DNA of 64,000 nucleotides from Candidatus Bathyarchaeota archaeon. GTDB taxonomy: Archaea; Thermoproteota; Bathyarchaeia; Bathyarchaeales; Bathycorpusculaceae. The stretch spans positions 768,001-832,000 of the forward strand of contig CAWHDT010000005.1 in NCBI GenBank assembly GCA_963828195.1. The letters are read 5' to 3'. The notes under the pieces were generated by a model. That model searched no databases, was not told the origin of the DNA, and was given only the letters and a program-made list of their open reading frames with translations. Of this stretch, positions 1 to 10,303 are shown piece by piece. Position numbers and translations under genes: made by a program. Position 1 is the stretch's first letter, and each line of letters starts with the position of its first letter.

Positions 1-287
1 GCAACGGGCAGCAATGGCCAGCGATACCGTCACCTTCCGAATATGACGGCCGCACTATTTGGAGTAGTGCCCAATATAGTAGTACGGGGATTCCGCAAAG
101 CTACGTGGTTGGTAAAGTTGTTATGCGCATTCCATGGCTTGGTTGGGTAACACTTTTCATGAGGGATAATACTTGGGGTTTGCCAGTGATTATTGCTCTT
201 ATCATGTTACTCATTGTAATCGAATTTGTTGTGCCGATACTAAGAGAGAAAAAACCTGAACAACAGAACTCAGTGCAACCGCAGTGA
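1..287 (+). CDS. Signal peptidase I (Sec11-like), 5'-truncated by window edge
   Basis: Frame is open from the window start. C-terminus VVGKVVMRIPWLGWVTLFMRDNTWGLPVIIALIMLL is nearly identical to that of the next gene. Confidence 0.8.
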   Translation, partial: NGQQWPAIPSPSEYDGRTIWSSAQYSSTGIPQSYVVGKVVMRIPWLGWVTLFMRDNTWGLPVIIALIMLLIVIEFVVPILREKKPEQQNSVQPQ

Positions 288-456
288 CAGATGCCCTCAT
301 AAGTAACATTTTGATAAGAACAAAATCTAAAGATGACACAACACAGCTTACTAACTGCGCCGTCCGTCCTCTCCTATGTTTCTCTATTATAAAGCGGTAA
401 GTTTTAAAACACAGCAACTCTTATGAAAAGCAATACTTCGTCGTTGAGGCACAAAT

Positions 457-1131
457 TTGAGCGATTTAAAACGGCTTTGGAAAAACGATTATTTCAAAAC
501 GGCAGTTGCCATAATACTGATCGCTGCAATTGTCCTCAGCTTCTTATTCGGCTTGCAATTTGCGCTTCATACGCCTGATCCGGCGTTAACTGTAGAAAGC
601 GGCAGCATGAGCATCCCCTACGACAGCGCCGACAACTTCTGGGACAGCATAGCCCACCCATTCGACCGAACCCTAAGCATAGGCGACATCATCATAGTTC
701 AAGGCGTAAACCCAAAAGACCTAAACACTAACTACCCTAACAGCGACATAATTGTCTTCCACAGCCCATACGATTATGGCATGTTGATTGTTCACCGTAT
801 AATTGGAACAGAAGTGGTTAACGGCACCACGTATTATCTAACAAAAGGAGACGGAAACGGGTATCCAGACACTTGGCCACAAACTCCGACACAGGGCTTA
901 GACCCTTGGGACTACAGTTCTCCACCGGGAGTTCCAGCAAGCTACATAGTAGGCAGAGTCGTCATGCGGATTCCATTGCTGGGGTGGGTAACACTTTTCA
1001 TGAGGGATAACGCTTGGGGGCTACCAGTAATAATCGCTCTTATAATGCTGCTTATAGTCATCGAGTTTATTGTGCCAATACTAAGAGAGAAAAAGCCTCA
1101 ACAACAGAATACGATGCAGCCAAACCCATAG
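457..1131 (+). CDS. Archaeal signal peptidase I (S26B/Sec11)
   Basis: N-terminal TM helix, VESGSM catalytic Ser motif, GDIIIV, IVHRI, TKGDGN, C-terminal IPLLGW plus TM helix. Confidence 0.9.
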   Translation: MSDLKRLWKNDYFKTAVAIILIAAIVLSFLFGLQFALHTPDPALTVESGSMSIPYDSADNFWDSIAHPFDRTLSIGDIIIVQGVNPKDLNTNYPNSDIIVFHSPYDYGMLIVHRIIGTEVVNGTTYYLTKGDGNGYPDTWPQTPTQGLDPWDYSSPPGVPASYIVGRVVMRIPLLGWVTLFMRDNAWGLPVIIALIMLLIVIEFIVPILREKKPQQQNTMQPNP

Positions 1132-1196
1132 ATGTCTTTATAAAAGTCAGGTCGATAAGGGATATTTAAAGGGCGTTGACCTAAGAGGGAAATGGA

Positions 1197-1757
1197 TTGC
1201 CAAAAGTTAAAGCTACAATCAGCATCGAGAACGTGGTAGCTTCCGCAACGCTGAATCAGAAAGTTGACTTGAACGCCGTGGTAAAGGGTTATCCAGGTGT
1301 CGAATATCGCCCTGAACAGTTTCCAGGTTTAGTTTTCAGGTTGAAGCGCCCCAAAACAGCGACTTTAATTTTTAGTTCTGGAAAGATGGTTTGCACGGGG
1401 GCCAAATCGGAGAAAGAAGCTCGCAGAGCTGTCATGAAAGTTGTTAAGGAACTGAAGAAAGGCGGAATAATAATCATCAGCAAGCCAGAACTCAAAATAC
1501 AAAACATTGTTGCTTCAGGCGGGTTAGGAGGCATGATAGATTTAGAAAAAGCAGCTTACAGCCTTGGCCATGCAATGTATGAACCTGAGCAGTTCCCAGG
1601 TTTAATATACAGGATGCAAGAACCAAAAGTCGTGATTTTGCTTTTTGCAAGCGGAAAACTCGTTTGCACTGGAGCCAAAAAAGAACAAGACGTTTATGAC
1701 GCCGTGGAAAAATTGCATACGCTACTTGAAGAAACCACTCTCATATTTTACGAATAA
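1197..1757 (+). CDS. tbp: TATA-box binding protein
   Basis: Two repeats: IENVVAS...YRPEQFPGLVFRL...LIFSSGKMVCTGAKS and IQNIVAS...YEPEQFPGLIYRM...LLFASGKLVCTGAK. TTG start. Confidence 0.98.
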   Translation: MPKVKATISIENVVASATLNQKVDLNAVVKGYPGVEYRPEQFPGLVFRLKRPKTATLIFSSGKMVCTGAKSEKEARRAVMKVVKELKKGGIIIISKPELKIQNIVASGGLGGMIDLEKAAYSLGHAMYEPEQFPGLIYRMQEPKVVILLFASGKLVCTGAKKEQDVYDAVEKLHTLLEETTLIFYE

Positions 1758-1764
1758 ACTGGCT

Positions 1765-2403
1765 TTACTGTTTCTTTACTTGTTTCAAGATTGTCTTCAG
1801 GTCATCTTGGTCGATTGCGCCTAATTCGTAGAGAGTGTCAGCTACTTCGCTTATTTTCAGCAATGTATGAAGGCTTATTCCGTTTTTTTCAAGCTGTTGG
1901 TTGCCGCCTTCTTCTCTGTCCAGAAAAACGACAGCGTCAGTTACGACGCCACCTTCATCTCTAACAGCTTCTGTAGCCTTTTTGAGAGTTAACCCCGTGG
2001 TCACTAAATCATCAATCAGTAAAACTTTGTCCCCTGATGCCAGAAGCCCTTCCACCCGCCGGTCTCTTCCAGTCAATTGAACGCCTTGGCGCACATAAAG
2101 GAAGGGTTTTTTGAGGTTATACGCGACCTGGGACGCAAAGATAACTCCAGTTAACGGTATTCCCGCCATTCTATCAAAGCTTTTAACCCCAATTTGTTTG
2201 GTTATGTATTCAGAATAGAAATCGCAGATTTCGCGGTAAGCGTCTGGAAAACTGGGAATCACTCTTAAGTCAATGTAGTACGGGCTTGCTTTTCCGCTAG
2301 AAAGTTTGAACACCCCAAACTTTATTGCGTCAATTTTAAACAATATGTTTGCTATTTTGTCTTTCTTTTCTTGTGCCAATTTGTCTATTTTCAACTTTTT
2401 CAC
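1765..2403 (-). CDS. pyrE: Orotate phosphoribosyltransferase
   Basis: FKLSSGKASPYYIDLR and PRPP-binding motif VLLIDDLVTTG. Confidence 0.92.
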   Translation of the reverse strand: MKKLKIDKLAQEKKDKIANILFKIDAIKFGVFKLSSGKASPYYIDLRVIPSFPDAYREICDFYSEYITKQIGVKSFDRMAGIPLTGVIFASQVAYNLKKPFLYVRQGVQLTGRDRRVEGLLASGDKVLLIDDLVTTGLTLKKATEAVRDEGGVVTDAVVFLDREEGGNQQLEKNGISLHTLLKISEVADTLYELGAIDQDDLKTILKQVKKQ

Positions 2404-3089
2404 TTCCTTTTTGATACCTGATATATTTTGTTTAGTTCAGGAATCAAGCATGCGGTCCTAGGCAAATCCTTTTGTATTATTTGCGCGAATTCTGTTTGGC
2501 TTGCCGCTGACGCTGTATGATAGGGCACTGCAACTTGAGGCTTAGTTAACCAAGCTATTTCGAAGCCTGTTTGCGGCGTGGCACCTGGAGCTATGCCAAC
2601 TGTGCAAAAGACTACGTCGAATTTTTCTTTTTGTCCCATAGTTGATAGTTCAGGAAACGGTAAACTGTCGGCTGTATGGTATACTTTGACGTCGTCTTCG
2701 CTAGTTACTATGTAAGTTACGGGTGCTTGAGCTGTGTGGTTGCATTTTTCTGCTTTAATTGAGACTTCGCCGATTTTTGTTTCGTCACCCGGTTTGACTT
2801 CCTTCAGTTTTTCTGCAGGTATGGCGTGTTGCAATTTTTTAGTTGAGGCTGAATCAGCGATTATTATGCAGTTTGTCGCTTTCTGGGTTTCTATTACGAG
2901 CCTGGGGTCTAAGTGGTCATAATGCTCGTGTGTTATTAGGATAGCATCCACATTTTGAAGGGTTTTGGCTTTGATGTCAACTGGGTCAATGGCAAGAGTT
3001 TTACTGGGGGTTTTTAGGATGATGCCAGCATACTGGTTAAACCACACGAATAAGATAGTGTTCTTCTCTGGTATTTTCTGAATTGACAA
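2400..3089 (-). CDS. Metallo-beta-lactamase fold hydrolase
   Basis: IDP...ILITHEHYDHLD (HxHxDH) and VYHTAD. Confidence 0.85.
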   Translation of the reverse strand: MSIQKIPEKNTILFVWFNQYAGIILKTPSKTLAIDPVDIKAKTLQNVDAILITHEHYDHLDPRLVIETQKATNCIIIADSASTKKLQHAIPAEKLKEVKPGDETKIGEVSIKAEKCNHTAQAPVTYIVTSEDDVKVYHTADSLPFPELSTMGQKEKFDVVFCTVGIAPGATPQTGFEIAWLTKPQVAVPYHTASAASQTEFAQIIQKDLPRTACLIPELNKIYQVSKRK

Positions 3090-3295
3090 CTTGATCCCTC
3101 AAAGATAATTATGTACACAGCGTTAAAGAAGTTGCGTTATTCGTCTCCTTCATAAGAAAAATAACCGAATTTCATATTGTACTCGTGTTAAATGGAATGC
3201 TTTCGGTGCAATGGAAGCCTCAGATTCGACTCTTAACGTTGATCATTATGATGACTTGCCGGTTACGTCAGCCTTAAAAAGAATAGTGACTCAGC

Positions 3296-3772
3296 CTAAA
3301 GCCTTTTTGTCATGACATAGGCGTCTTCGCCGTCTGAATAGTAACCGTTGATGGTTCGGGTAATTTCAAATCCTAACTTTTTATAGAGCGAAATTGCCGC
3401 TTCATTTGTCACTCTGACTTCTAGGAAGCATTGTTTAGCTTTATAATATTGCATGCCTTCTAAAGCTCTGGTGATTACTGCTTGGGCAATACCTTTGCGC
3501 CTGTGCTGTGGCAAAACCGCTATGGATACTACATGTCCTTTTCTTATTAATCCGCCGAAACCAAAATTTGACAAGCCAACTTCAATACGGCACATGGTGT
3601 AACCTGCAATTTCCCCGTTTTCTTCCGCCACAATAAAGGTCTCAGGAAACCGTTGGTGTAAGTCCATAAAGAAAAAGTCACTATAGTTTTCTGGCAGGCA
3701 CACCCGGTTTATTTGCATTACGCTTTGTAAATCGTCAGGGATGAATTTGCGGAGCTTAAAGGTTTGTTGCAT
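3296..3772 (-). CDS. rimI: N-terminal acetyltransferase, Ard1/RimI family
   Basis: CLPENY, GHVVSIAVLPQHRRKGIA, LEVRVTNEAAISLYKKLGF, YYSDGEDAYVM. ATG at 3772 chosen as start. Confidence 0.9.
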   Translation of the reverse strand: MQQTFKLRKFIPDDLQSVMQINRVCLPENYSDFFFMDLHQRFPETFIVAEENGEIAGYTMCRIEVGLSNFGFGGLIRKGHVVSIAVLPQHRRKGIAQAVITRALEGMQYYKAKQCFLEVRVTNEAAISLYKKLGFEITRTINGYYSDGEDAYVMTKRL

Positions 3773-3867
3773 TGTTTCGCCTTCTAAACCACATTTCACC
3801 GTTGCAACTTAAATGTTACGCTTTATAGGTCAAACCGTAATCTTTTTGTTTTCCGGAACAGAATTGT

Positions 3868-5157
3868 TTAGGTCTTTGTTTCTTCGGGCGCCATGAACAC
3901 GGACAAAGTGTTGCTGCCTTGAGGCATCGCCCAAACTCTTGACGCTGAACCCGCAATTTTCAATGCTTCGGCAAAAGCGTCATTTACGGCTCTGGCTGTC
4001 TTCAACTTGAATATGCTTGTTGCATAGTAATCAGGCAAGGAAGATACCAGTATGATTTGATGGCCCTGGAGGGCTTTTAAAAGATAATAAGCCTTGTGAC
4101 CACCCAAAACAAAGTTGCGTTTAATTTCATGTTCAACATTTTTTAAATCCCCAAAACGAGTCATCCAATCATAAAACACTGGATTCCCGTGCCCTTCGGG
4201 ACATTCAGCGACAAGAATTATAACTCCTCCACGTTTAACTGCGTCCAATGCGTTGTCTAGCGCTTTGTAGGCTTGGTACAGATTCATATCTGCTGGATAA
4301 CCGCCTGCACTTACAACTATTATGTCTGCTCGACGGTCCACTGTTACGCGGTACATTTCGTCAACCAGCTTTACGGCTTTCAGAAATGCCTGCTCTAAAT
4401 CCCCCGCGAAAGCTTTTACGATTTCGCCTTTCTTGTTCACGACAACGTTTAAGATAAAGTCTACTTTAGCCAGTTTTGCTGCTTCCGTCATGTCGCAATG
4501 CACTGGATTATCTTCCAGAACTCCCGTTCGTGAGTTGGCGTGAAGGAGCATGGCATGATTTTGCTTGATTGTTTCTTCTCCGCATACCGCTGGCAAAACG
4601 CTTTTTCTGCCACCCCCGTAACCAGCATAATAGTGGAAGCCAACATCTCCCAAAAGCACTTTCACGTCTGCTTCGGCGAAAACGCGGTTAACATGAACTT
4701 TGTTGCCATGTGTCTTAGTTGTGCCAACATAAACTAAATCTTGAGCTCGGCAGTCGTGGCTAATGGTTGTTACCTGTTTAAGCGCTTCCACGCCAAGCAA
4801 CGCCTTTGCTTCTTCAGGCTTAACCGCTCTGTGGGTCCCACAGCCGAAAATAACGGTGATATTCTTATCTTCGACGCCCGCTAGATTCAATTCGGCAAGA
4901 ACCGGCAAAAGCATTGCTTCACTTGGTGCTTTTCGAGTTGCATCATCAACAACAATAGCAACTTTGCTTTCAGCCTTGGCAATTTCACTTAAACGTCTAG
5001 AACCAACCGGGATGGGGTCTTTTAGGGCTCGCTCAACCTCCGCCTTAGCATCCGCTGCACCCTCTCGTTCCGCAGGCTCTATAGATCCTAGAAGGTTTCG
5101 TGCAGGAACCCGGATGCAAACGTCTGTTTTTCCGTAGGGAAGCCAAATATCAACCAT
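3868..5157 (-). CDS. larA: LarA-family (nickel-pincer dependent) racemase/epimerase
   Basis: DDATRKAP, GCGTHR, HYYAGYGGGRKSVLP, SAGGYPADMNLYQAYKAL, AECPEGHG. Confidence 0.88.
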   Translation of the reverse strand: MVDIWLPYGKTDVCIRVPARNLLGSIEPAEREGAADAKAEVERALKDPIPVGSRRLSEIAKAESKVAIVVDDATRKAPSEAMLLPVLAELNLAGVEDKNITVIFGCGTHRAVKPEEAKALLGVEALKQVTTISHDCRAQDLVYVGTTKTHGNKVHVNRVFAEADVKVLLGDVGFHYYAGYGGGRKSVLPAVCGEETIKQNHAMLLHANSRTGVLEDNPVHCDMTEAAKLAKVDFILNVVVNKKGEIVKAFAGDLEQAFLKAVKLVDEMYRVTVDRRADIIVVSAGGYPADMNLYQAYKALDNALDAVKRGGVIILVAECPEGHGNPVFYDWMTRFGDLKNVEHEIKRNFVLGGHKAYYLLKALQGHQIILVSSLPDYYATSIFKLKTARAVNDAFAEALKIAGSASRVWAMPQGSNTLSVFMAPEETKT

Positions 5158-5468
5158 GCCAAGTCACATTAATTAAAATGACACGGCGCAGGAAACTATT
5201 AAGGCTTATCAAAATTGAGTCTCGGGAGATAAGTGCGGCAGCTTCTCTGTCAGCCGTTTTAACGCTACTCAAATCAAGAACCATGCAGCCTGCTCCGCCA
5301 CCTCGATTCCTTGCTTCAGAAAGCTAAGTTCTTCCGCCAACCTTGTTTTTCAGCGGAAAATTTTGCTCTCTCAGTTTTCTTTTTTTGAAAAAAAAATAGG
5401 TTTTCAATCAAAAAAATATTAAAGCTTAAACAACCCAGTTGTTTCACTCTTACAGGAGGAAAAATTGA

Positions 5469-6746
5469 TTGAAGCTTATCTATGTTGCAATAGACGGCAT
5501 GGGAGATTTACCAATAAAAAATTTAGGCAACAAAACACCTCTGGAAGCCGCTGAAACTCCAAATATGGATGCTTTGGCCAAAAACGGCAAAACCGGGTTG
5601 ATGTACACGGTGAAGAAGGGTGTTGCACCCGAGAGTGATGTTGCCGTTATTTCGCTTTTAGGTTATGACCCATTCAAGTACAGCACTGGCAGAGGCGTCA
5701 TCGAAGTTGCTGGCGCAGGATTAGAAATGAAGGATGGTGATTTAGCGTTAAGGTGCAACTTCGCAACTTTAGGCCAAGGAAAAACAATAATTGACCGCCG
5801 AGTAGCAAGAACACTCACCACCGAAGAAGCCACCGAACTAAGCAAGGCAGCTAACGAACAGATCAAACTTGAATCGTACCCCGCCACTTTTGAGTTCCGA
5901 AACACATTGGGGCACAGGGCTGTTCTCCTAATTAAGGGCAAAGGGAAGCCTCTTTCAAGCAACATAACAAACAGTGACCCAGCCTACACAATAGTTGACG
6001 GCATCGGCGTGGCGCAGGCACAAGTTGAAATGGTGCTGAAAACATGTGAACCAACCGACAAAACGGAACAAGCCAAAGTTTCCGCAGCGCTGGTAAATGA
6101 GTTTATCGAAAAAACCCATAATCGGTGGGAAAATCACCGTGTAAACGTAAAACGTGTGGCTGAGGGCAAGCTTAAGGCAAATGTTGTTTTAACTCGAGAT
6201 GCGGGGCATCTTCTCCCTAAATTCTTCAACATAAACCAGCACTACCACGTCAACTTTGCAGCTTTAGCAGATATGCATGCTGAACGGGGTATCGCGCAGT
6301 TGGCAGGCATGGACTCCATGCTTTTGCCGCCGCCTTCAGGAAATCTCCAGAAAGACTGCGAAATAAGAGTCAAAGCCCTGATAGACGTGCTTCCCAAGCA
6401 TGATTGCTTCTACATTCACCTTAAAGGTCCAGATGAACCTGGACACGACGGCGACTGCGCCAAAAAAACACAGATTATCTCAGCCATAGACAAATACTTC
6501 TTTGGTCCATTGCTAAAACAGATTTCGCTAAAAGACAACATTATCTGCATAACCGCTGACCACGCCACGCCATGCGAACTAAAAGTTCACAGCGACACAC
6601 CCGTTCCAGTTTTAGTTTCAGGCGACAAAGTAGACAATGGGAAAGCTGTCAAGTTCTCAGAGAAAGAATGTGCAAAAGGAACCTTAGGTACAATAGAAAG
6701 GGGATGCGAATTAATGCCAAAACTAATGGAACTAATGAAAAAATAA
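5469..6746 (+). CDS. apgM: 2,3-BPG-independent phosphoglycerate mutase, archaeal type
   Basis: IDGMGD, KTPLEAAETPNMD, PESDVA, HLKGPDEPGHDG, TADHATP, HSDTPVP. Confidence 0.92.
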   Translation: MKLIYVAIDGMGDLPIKNLGNKTPLEAAETPNMDALAKNGKTGLMYTVKKGVAPESDVAVISLLGYDPFKYSTGRGVIEVAGAGLEMKDGDLALRCNFATLGQGKTIIDRRVARTLTTEEATELSKAANEQIKLESYPATFEFRNTLGHRAVLLIKGKGKPLSSNITNSDPAYTIVDGIGVAQAQVEMVLKTCEPTDKTEQAKVSAALVNEFIEKTHNRWENHRVNVKRVAEGKLKANVVLTRDAGHLLPKFFNINQHYHVNFAALADMHAERGIAQLAGMDSMLLPPPSGNLQKDCEIRVKALIDVLPKHDCFYIHLKGPDEPGHDGDCAKKTQIISAIDKYFFGPLLKQISLKDNIICITADHATPCELKVHSDTPVPVLVSGDKVDNGKAVKFSEKECAKGTLGTIERGCELMPKLMELMKK

Positions 6747-7092
6747 TCTGGAAAACCTAAAATCTTAACCAGCGCATAGCATGGTTCAAACGACAATTTT
6801 TTAGTTATTTAAATTATTTTTTCGGGCGTTTGCTTACTGGAAAAACGGGGAAGCGTATCTTAGACGAAGCACGAAAATTAATCTGTTTTTGTAATTTCTT
6901 CAATTTTGTTTTTTCGGGTTTTGCCGCAAACATGAGACATCGTTCATCCTCAATTTCACAGCCGCATTTTTCAATTTCACGGATTTACGTGGCTTTTTTT
7001 CAGGTGAATCGTTGCAATTTTGGATTTCAGGCGGGCAGTATATTCATAAGCTTTTTGGGGTATTATAATGTGGGTAGAAATTAAATTTGGGG

Positions 7093-7230
7093 GTGAATAG
7101 GACGGAAAAATGTAATATTTGCGGCGCGGAAATTTCGGAAGAAGTTTATTATCTCAACGAAGGTTTATGTGAAAAATGCTACAATGAGAATTTAGAGAAA
7201 GACGATACATTTAGAAACGGGGATGCCTAA
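7093..7230 (+). CDS. Small Zn-finger protein (45 aa, absent from ORF track)
   Basis: Hand translation from GTG: MNRTEKCNICGAEISEEVYYLNEGLCEKCYNENLEKDDTFRNGDA. Two CxxC pairs. Confidence 0.6.
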   Translation: MNRTEKCNICGAEISEEVYYLNEGLCEKCYNENLEKDDTFRNGDA

Positions 7231-7519
7231 AAAGTAATAACACCCGTTTGCCGTTCCTACAAAATGGCAGCGGTAAAATCGATGTTTTAAACAAACCACC
7301 TGTGCAGATCAATGGAATGAACTTAAGAGAAGTTCAGGCGCTCACGGAATTGGAAACTATGGGTTAATTTTATATAGTAAATGAGTTGTTAAAACAAGAA
7401 CCATGTATTTAATTCAATATTGGCGCAGGGGCTTTGTTGTATGAGGTTTTTCAAAAATAAAGGTCAGCTATTTCCAAGCAATCTTGTGGACTTTTTGAGA
7501 AAAATGGGAGGCATCGAAA

Positions 7520-8983
7520 TTGAGTAGTGTGCCGCCAAAAATAACTGACGAGGAAGCGAAGAATGCCGAGATAATTGCTCGACAAGACCGCATACCTATT
7601 TGGTCTTTGTCTTTCCTATTCATTGGAATACTTGGAATGGGGTACATTTTTATCTTTTTTGACATATTCAACATTAACGTCTCATTTATTCAGACCGCAT
7701 TGACACTGCATTGGGCAACATCGCCTACTGCGTCAGCAATTACGAGTCTGGAAGGATTCGTGGTACTTTTGAACCTGATAGGCTACGTTATAGGTGCGTT
7801 GATTCTCAGCCCGCTTTCAGACAGGTTCGGCAGAAGAGACATGCTGATAGTGACACTTTTGATAACAGGGTTAGGTTCTATTTTCAATGCGCTCGTCACC
7901 ACATATCCTGAATTTGCCGCTGCAAGATTCATAACGGGATTAGGAGTTGGGGCTGATCTTGCAATCGTTAACTCCTACCTTAACGAAGTTGCTCCCAAAA
8001 ACGGAAGGGCTCGATACACATCTTTCCTATTTGTTCTTGCAGGCATCGGAACAGTTCTCGCCGTTTGGCTTGGCCTAATATTAACTACGCCGGCGGCAGC
8101 GTTTCCTTATGGTCTTTCCTTCGCGGTCGGAGGAGCTGGCTGGTTTGCTACAAACGGGTGGCGACTGATGTATGGCATAGGCGGATTTTTAGCTTTATTC
8201 GGCGTTTTGCTCAGATTTGGACTGCCCGAATCTACCAGGTGGCTCATAACTCATGGGCGACCTAAGGAGGCGGAGAGAATTGTGTCGGAAATGGAAGCAC
8301 GAGCGCTGGATTCCATGGAGGAACTTCCACCGTTACCGGCAGCCATTCCCATCGTTCAGAAGGTTAAGCCGGCTCCTTACTCCGAAATCCTAAAGAATAA
8401 ACTCTATAGGAACAGAACCATTCTTCTCTTTTCAGTTTGGTTCTTCGGATACATGACAGTGTATATTAATGCAGCTGGGCTTTCATCACTTCTCGCTGGA
8501 GTCGGCTACGCTTTCCCCGAAAACGGCATGGTTGTTGCTTTAGGCATCTTTGGGTTCTTAGTAGCGGGTGTAATGGCTGCCTTTATTGGAGACAAATTGG
8601 AGCGAAAACTTTGGTTGCCGATTGCAGCCGTCTTCACCTTCATCGGAGGAGTATTTATCGCCTTTGGAGTTAATCATTTCGACATTGCGGTCACTGGCGC
8701 ATTCTTAATCTTTTTCGGAATGGACTTTTGGATTCCAATAGCCTACACATGGGTCACAGAGAGCTTCCCGACGCGTGCAAGAGCAACGGGCTTTGCAATG
8801 GCAGACGGACTAGGTCACCTAGGAGGAGGAATCGGCTTGATAATTGTCGGGGCACTGATAGCTTCAGGTCTACCGATACTTACTCTGTTCGTCATAATTG
8901 CATTGTTCCAGATAATATCCGCCGTCATCGCACAATTTGGACCAAAGACCGCAAACAGGAGATTAGACGAAGTCTCGCCTTAA
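7520..8983 (+). CDS. MFS transporter (sugar/aromatic acid-like)
   Basis: LSDRFGRR, RFITGLGVG, EVAPKNGRA, PESTRWL, ESFPTRARATG; about 12 TM segments. Confidence 0.9.
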   Translation: MSSVPPKITDEEAKNAEIIARQDRIPIWSLSFLFIGILGMGYIFIFFDIFNINVSFIQTALTLHWATSPTASAITSLEGFVVLLNLIGYVIGALILSPLSDRFGRRDMLIVTLLITGLGSIFNALVTTYPEFAAARFITGLGVGADLAIVNSYLNEVAPKNGRARYTSFLFVLAGIGTVLAVWLGLILTTPAAAFPYGLSFAVGGAGWFATNGWRLMYGIGGFLALFGVLLRFGLPESTRWLITHGRPKEAERIVSEMEARALDSMEELPPLPAAIPIVQKVKPAPYSEILKNKLYRNRTILLFSVWFFGYMTVYINAAGLSSLLAGVGYAFPENGMVVALGIFGFLVAGVMAAFIGDKLERKLWLPIAAVFTFIGGVFIAFGVNHFDIAVTGAFLIFFGMDFWIPIAYTWVTESFPTRARATGFAMADGLGHLGGGIGLIIVGALIASGLPILTLFVIIALFQIISAVIAQFGPKTANRRLDEVSP

Positions 8984-9284
8984 ATCAAAATGGAGCCCCA
9001 AAGACAAGCTATTAGGCGAAAGGCATAGGTGAGAGGGCTTCGAGCAAATACACTATACATGCTCTGATGTCGTCTTCTCCTGAATGCATTAGCAGCATTA
9101 AGGTTGAACAGATTGGAGAAAGCCAAGTCCTTCATAATGCTGATGAGATAGCGGAAATTAACACAAGCCAATCGAATAAGGCAAGGCCAACGCGCAGATA
9201 TTCTGGGCATTTATGACTTTGATGACACAGCAAATCGGGTTTAGAATCTGACATAAGCAAAGCTTCGCCAACATCAAGCATTTT

Positions 9285-9536
9285 TTATTTCGATGCCACT
9301 GGAGCGCGTCGTGTCCTCGTCTTTTGCCAGACAGCAAATGTTATCAGAACAAGCACCAGAATAATGATGGAAACTGGGGCTAAAACGGCAGAGCCGCGTA
9401 AAAGATAAGCGACACCTAAAATGATTACTACACCCAACGCCAATACTGGTGAATCGCCGACTAGAAAGTCCTTCCAGAACGAAAAAAAACTTTTAATTCC
9501 TTTCCAGAGCTTTTTTGGCGCTTTATCGGCAGGCAT
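9285..9536 (-). CDS. Small membrane protein (83 aa)
   Basis: ATG overlaps the TAA of the upstream gene (TAATG). FWKDFLVGD motif and two hydrophobic helices. Confidence 0.65.
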   Translation of the reverse strand: MPADKAPKKLWKGIKSFFSFWKDFLVGDSPVLALGVVIILGVAYLLRGSAVLAPVSIIILVLVLITFAVWQKTRTRRAPVASK

Positions 9537-10303
9537 TATGCTTGAACCTCCATCCCACACGTATGAACTCGTTTGAAATAAGCAACTAATCCCAAGGTTG
9601 CGAAGAAAATTATCGCCAGGAGTACTAGTAAAAATATATCGCCCATAGGCCATTGGACACCAACCCCTTCACCCATCCAGAAGACCCCAAAAACGGTTAG
9701 CAGATTACCTACGCCCAACTTCATATAGTTCTCAGGTACTTTGGCAAGAGGCTTCGCAACCACAGCACCTATTACCGACATCACTCCTACACCGACAAAA
9801 GCCCCGAGCGCAGCAGTTCCTAGTTGACTATGACTTCCACTGGCTAAACCAAAACTGATTACAATCATGATGACTTCCATACCTTCCAAAAGCACGCCTT
9901 TGAAGCTGATGGCAAAAGCTAAGGAATCTCGTTGGCCTCGAAGAATCCCTTTTGTAGTTGAAAGCGTCGCTACTTCTTTGTTGTATATGTCGCGTTCGTT
10001 ATGTATCGCCTTAAACCCCGTTTGTCGCAGTATAGCTTTTGTGAGCCATTGTAATCCAAAGATAAGCAGCAGAGTTCCAACTACGATTCGCAAAACATAG
10101 AGGGGAAAATACTGAATTAAGGCAGTGCCGACTACCAGCACAATCACAACTAAACAAGCTATGGCAAGTAATGCGCCTTCAAATGTGGAACGCCAGCCTC
10201 TAGTAATACCTGATGCCAAAATGATGGTAAGAGCCTCGACTGCTTCAACCGCGCTGGCCAGCGTCACTGTAATAAATAAAAGAACTGTACTTTGGTCAAT
10301 CAT
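9536..10303 (-). CDS. COG4280 / TMEM165-GDT1-like membrane protein
   Basis: Two internal repeats, EAVEALTII and LLEGMEVIMIV; about 7 TM segments; LAKVPENYMK. Confidence 0.7.
   Translation of the reverse strand: MIDQSTVLLFITVTLASAVEAVEALTIILASGITRGWRSTFEGALLAIACLVVIVLVVGTALIQYFPLYVLRIVVGTLLLIFGLQWLTKAILRQTGFKAIHNERDIYNKEVATLSTTKGILRGQRDSLAFAISFKGVLLEGMEVIMIVISFGLASGSHSQLGTAALGAFVGVGVMSVIGAVVAKPLAKVPENYMKLGVGNLLTVFGVFWMGEGVGVQWPMGDIFLLVLLAIIFFATLGLVAYFKRVHTCGMEVQA

Noticed and set aside
9219-9252. Possible C/D box sRNA (TTGATGA...CTGA)
   Set aside because: Too short for a canonical archaeal double-guide RNA, and no clear C'/D' boxes.
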